From: Takakia lepidozioides
Lineage: Eukaryota; Plantae; Bryophyta
Direction of reading: 5' to 3'
Length of the DNA stretch: 64,000 nucleotides
Assembly: GCA_030704615.1 (NCBI GenBank)
Contig: CM060731.1
Span: 44,516,001-44,580,000, forward strand
Made by a program: the position numbers and the translations under genes
Notes under the pieces: generated by a model
Databases searched by the model: none
What the model saw: the letters and a program-made list of their open reading frames with translations, nothing else
Told to the model about the DNA's origin: nothing
Shown: positions 62,614 through 64,000 of the stretch, one piece after another
Position numbering within the stretch: position 1 is the stretch's first letter
Layout of the letters: each line of letters begins with the position of its first letter

Positions 62614-63773
62614 CAGTGTTGGGGTATATTGATTTGTTCTACCCTCAGGGTAAGGGTATACATGATTTTGGGGGTCAAACTTATCCTTACGTAAGGGTAT
62701 AATCTATTTTTTGAAAACATTTACCCTCCGGATAAGGTTATATATAAATTTTTGGTAAACATTTACCCTCAGGGTAAGGGTATTGGGTGCCACATATACC
62801 ATGAGGGTAAGGGTAATTGCAGGATAATGGTACCATATTTATATCCTCAGGATATCCCAGGGTAATAATAAAATAAATTTTTATTATTTTAAATTTAATT
62901 TGTGAATTTTATTAAATACTTATAATAAAGCTTCTTTTTTCTGATAAAAGGGACAGAAGCCCTACAAAAACTTTATTGGAGTGGCAAAATGAGAACAGAG
63001 AGGAGGAAAAAATAACCTCCTAAGGTACTGTAAAGGCGTATCACATGGGGAACACCCAGCACTGGTAGGGAGTTGGGGGGGAAAGCAGGAGTTAACTAAG
63101 AACCACTGGGGGGAGGGAATTGCCAAGGGCCTAACCAAGACGAAGCATTTCAACTATATAACATCCCCGTTATATAGATATGCCTTTTATTTATATTTTG
63201 TTTATATTTTATGTGGCTTACGAATAGCAAAATTTTAGCCCTCATTTATGCTCCTCTAATGGCCCTAAAATATAATAACAAAACAACACATTTGATCATA
63301 ATGAGGTCGCTTTTGCACCATAGATAAGAGAATGGCGGGGTACAGAGGAAAGAGAGTGGCAGAGTGGCGGGGGGCTGCCACTAGCACACACTTTTTCCAA
63401 GGAGAGAGTGGCAAGGACTGGTCTTGGAGCACCAGCTGCAACGAGGAAGACCAACGAAGGGGGGGGAAATAAAAAATAAAAAATGCTAGTGTTTGCCCTC
63501 TCTACTAGCAAATACCACACCTAAACCTAAACCCCTAGTAATCAAATTATTATACCCTTCCTTGTTACCTGGCCATTGAACAGATTTACCCTCAGGGTAA
63601 GGGTATCCTTCGAAATTTCAAACCCCAGGGTATAATCCATTAAGGGTATAACAAAAATAATTACCCGTGGTGACAAGGGTAGGGTAAGGGTATTTTGGAA
63701 TTTCCAGGGTAGGGTATATCCATATACCCTTATTGGGGTATAATGGCAGAAAAAGGGTATCCTCCCAACACTG
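62614..63773. mobile_element. hAT MITE nested in the larger hAT
   Basis: TIRs cagtgttggg/cccaacactg; 8-bp TSD gcacatac at 62606-62613 and 63774-63781; taccctcagggtaagggta subterminal repeats. Confidence 0.9.
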
Positions 63774-64000
63774 GCACATACCAGGCTGGTATGACTTTTA
63801 AGAGTTTATTTAATACCATACCAGTCAGATTTTCACTTTGATACCATACCATATACCATACCAGGCTATTAAATTTACACATCATTTGATACCAGTACCA
63901 TACCGGTTTCAATCATTCAACTGCACCCCAATACCTTTACCCCAGTGGTATCAAAAAACCATGATACCAGTCCAACACTGGTCATGACTCATGACATATA

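Larger units (their letters stand above)
51200..63980. mobile_element. non-autonomous hAT element hosting several nested insertions
   Basis: TIRs cagtgttggac(c/t)ggtat (16/17 match) and 8-bp TSD gtcatgac at 51192-51199 and 63981-63988. No transposase is seen. Confidence 0.9.

Overview
Eukaryotic, transposon-dense window, most likely from a non-seed land plant. This is inferred from the bryophyte-style PLS-DYW PPR gene, chromovirus-type Ty3 elements and F-box genes. Host-like genes are confined to the first ~17 kb: an intronless F-box gene (-), a long PLS-class PPR-E-DYW editing-factor gene broken by an internal deletion/frameshift (+), and a possible degenerate trypsin-fold gene. The rest is nested, mostly decayed mobile DNA: LINEs, two chromodomain Ty3/gypsy elements, a Ty1/copia interrupted by a CACTA MITE, a pogo-like element and nested hAT elements. 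Two elements stand out. (1) 51319-61243: a Ty3/gypsy-type element with gag, protease, a DNMT3-like C5 cytosine methyltransferase, DDE integrase and PHD finger, with RT/RNaseH deleted in frame. It is bounded by split direct repeats (A1...B1-A2-B2), has a 4-bp TSD, and has a self-complementary PBS. (2) ~19545-28585: a Mutator-like GCM/DDE/SWIM transposase gene divergently paired with a multi-exon gene carrying a ParB/Srx-like domain, with a tandem array of near-perfect palindromes in a probable intron. All family calls come from motif recognition by eye; no searches were run.
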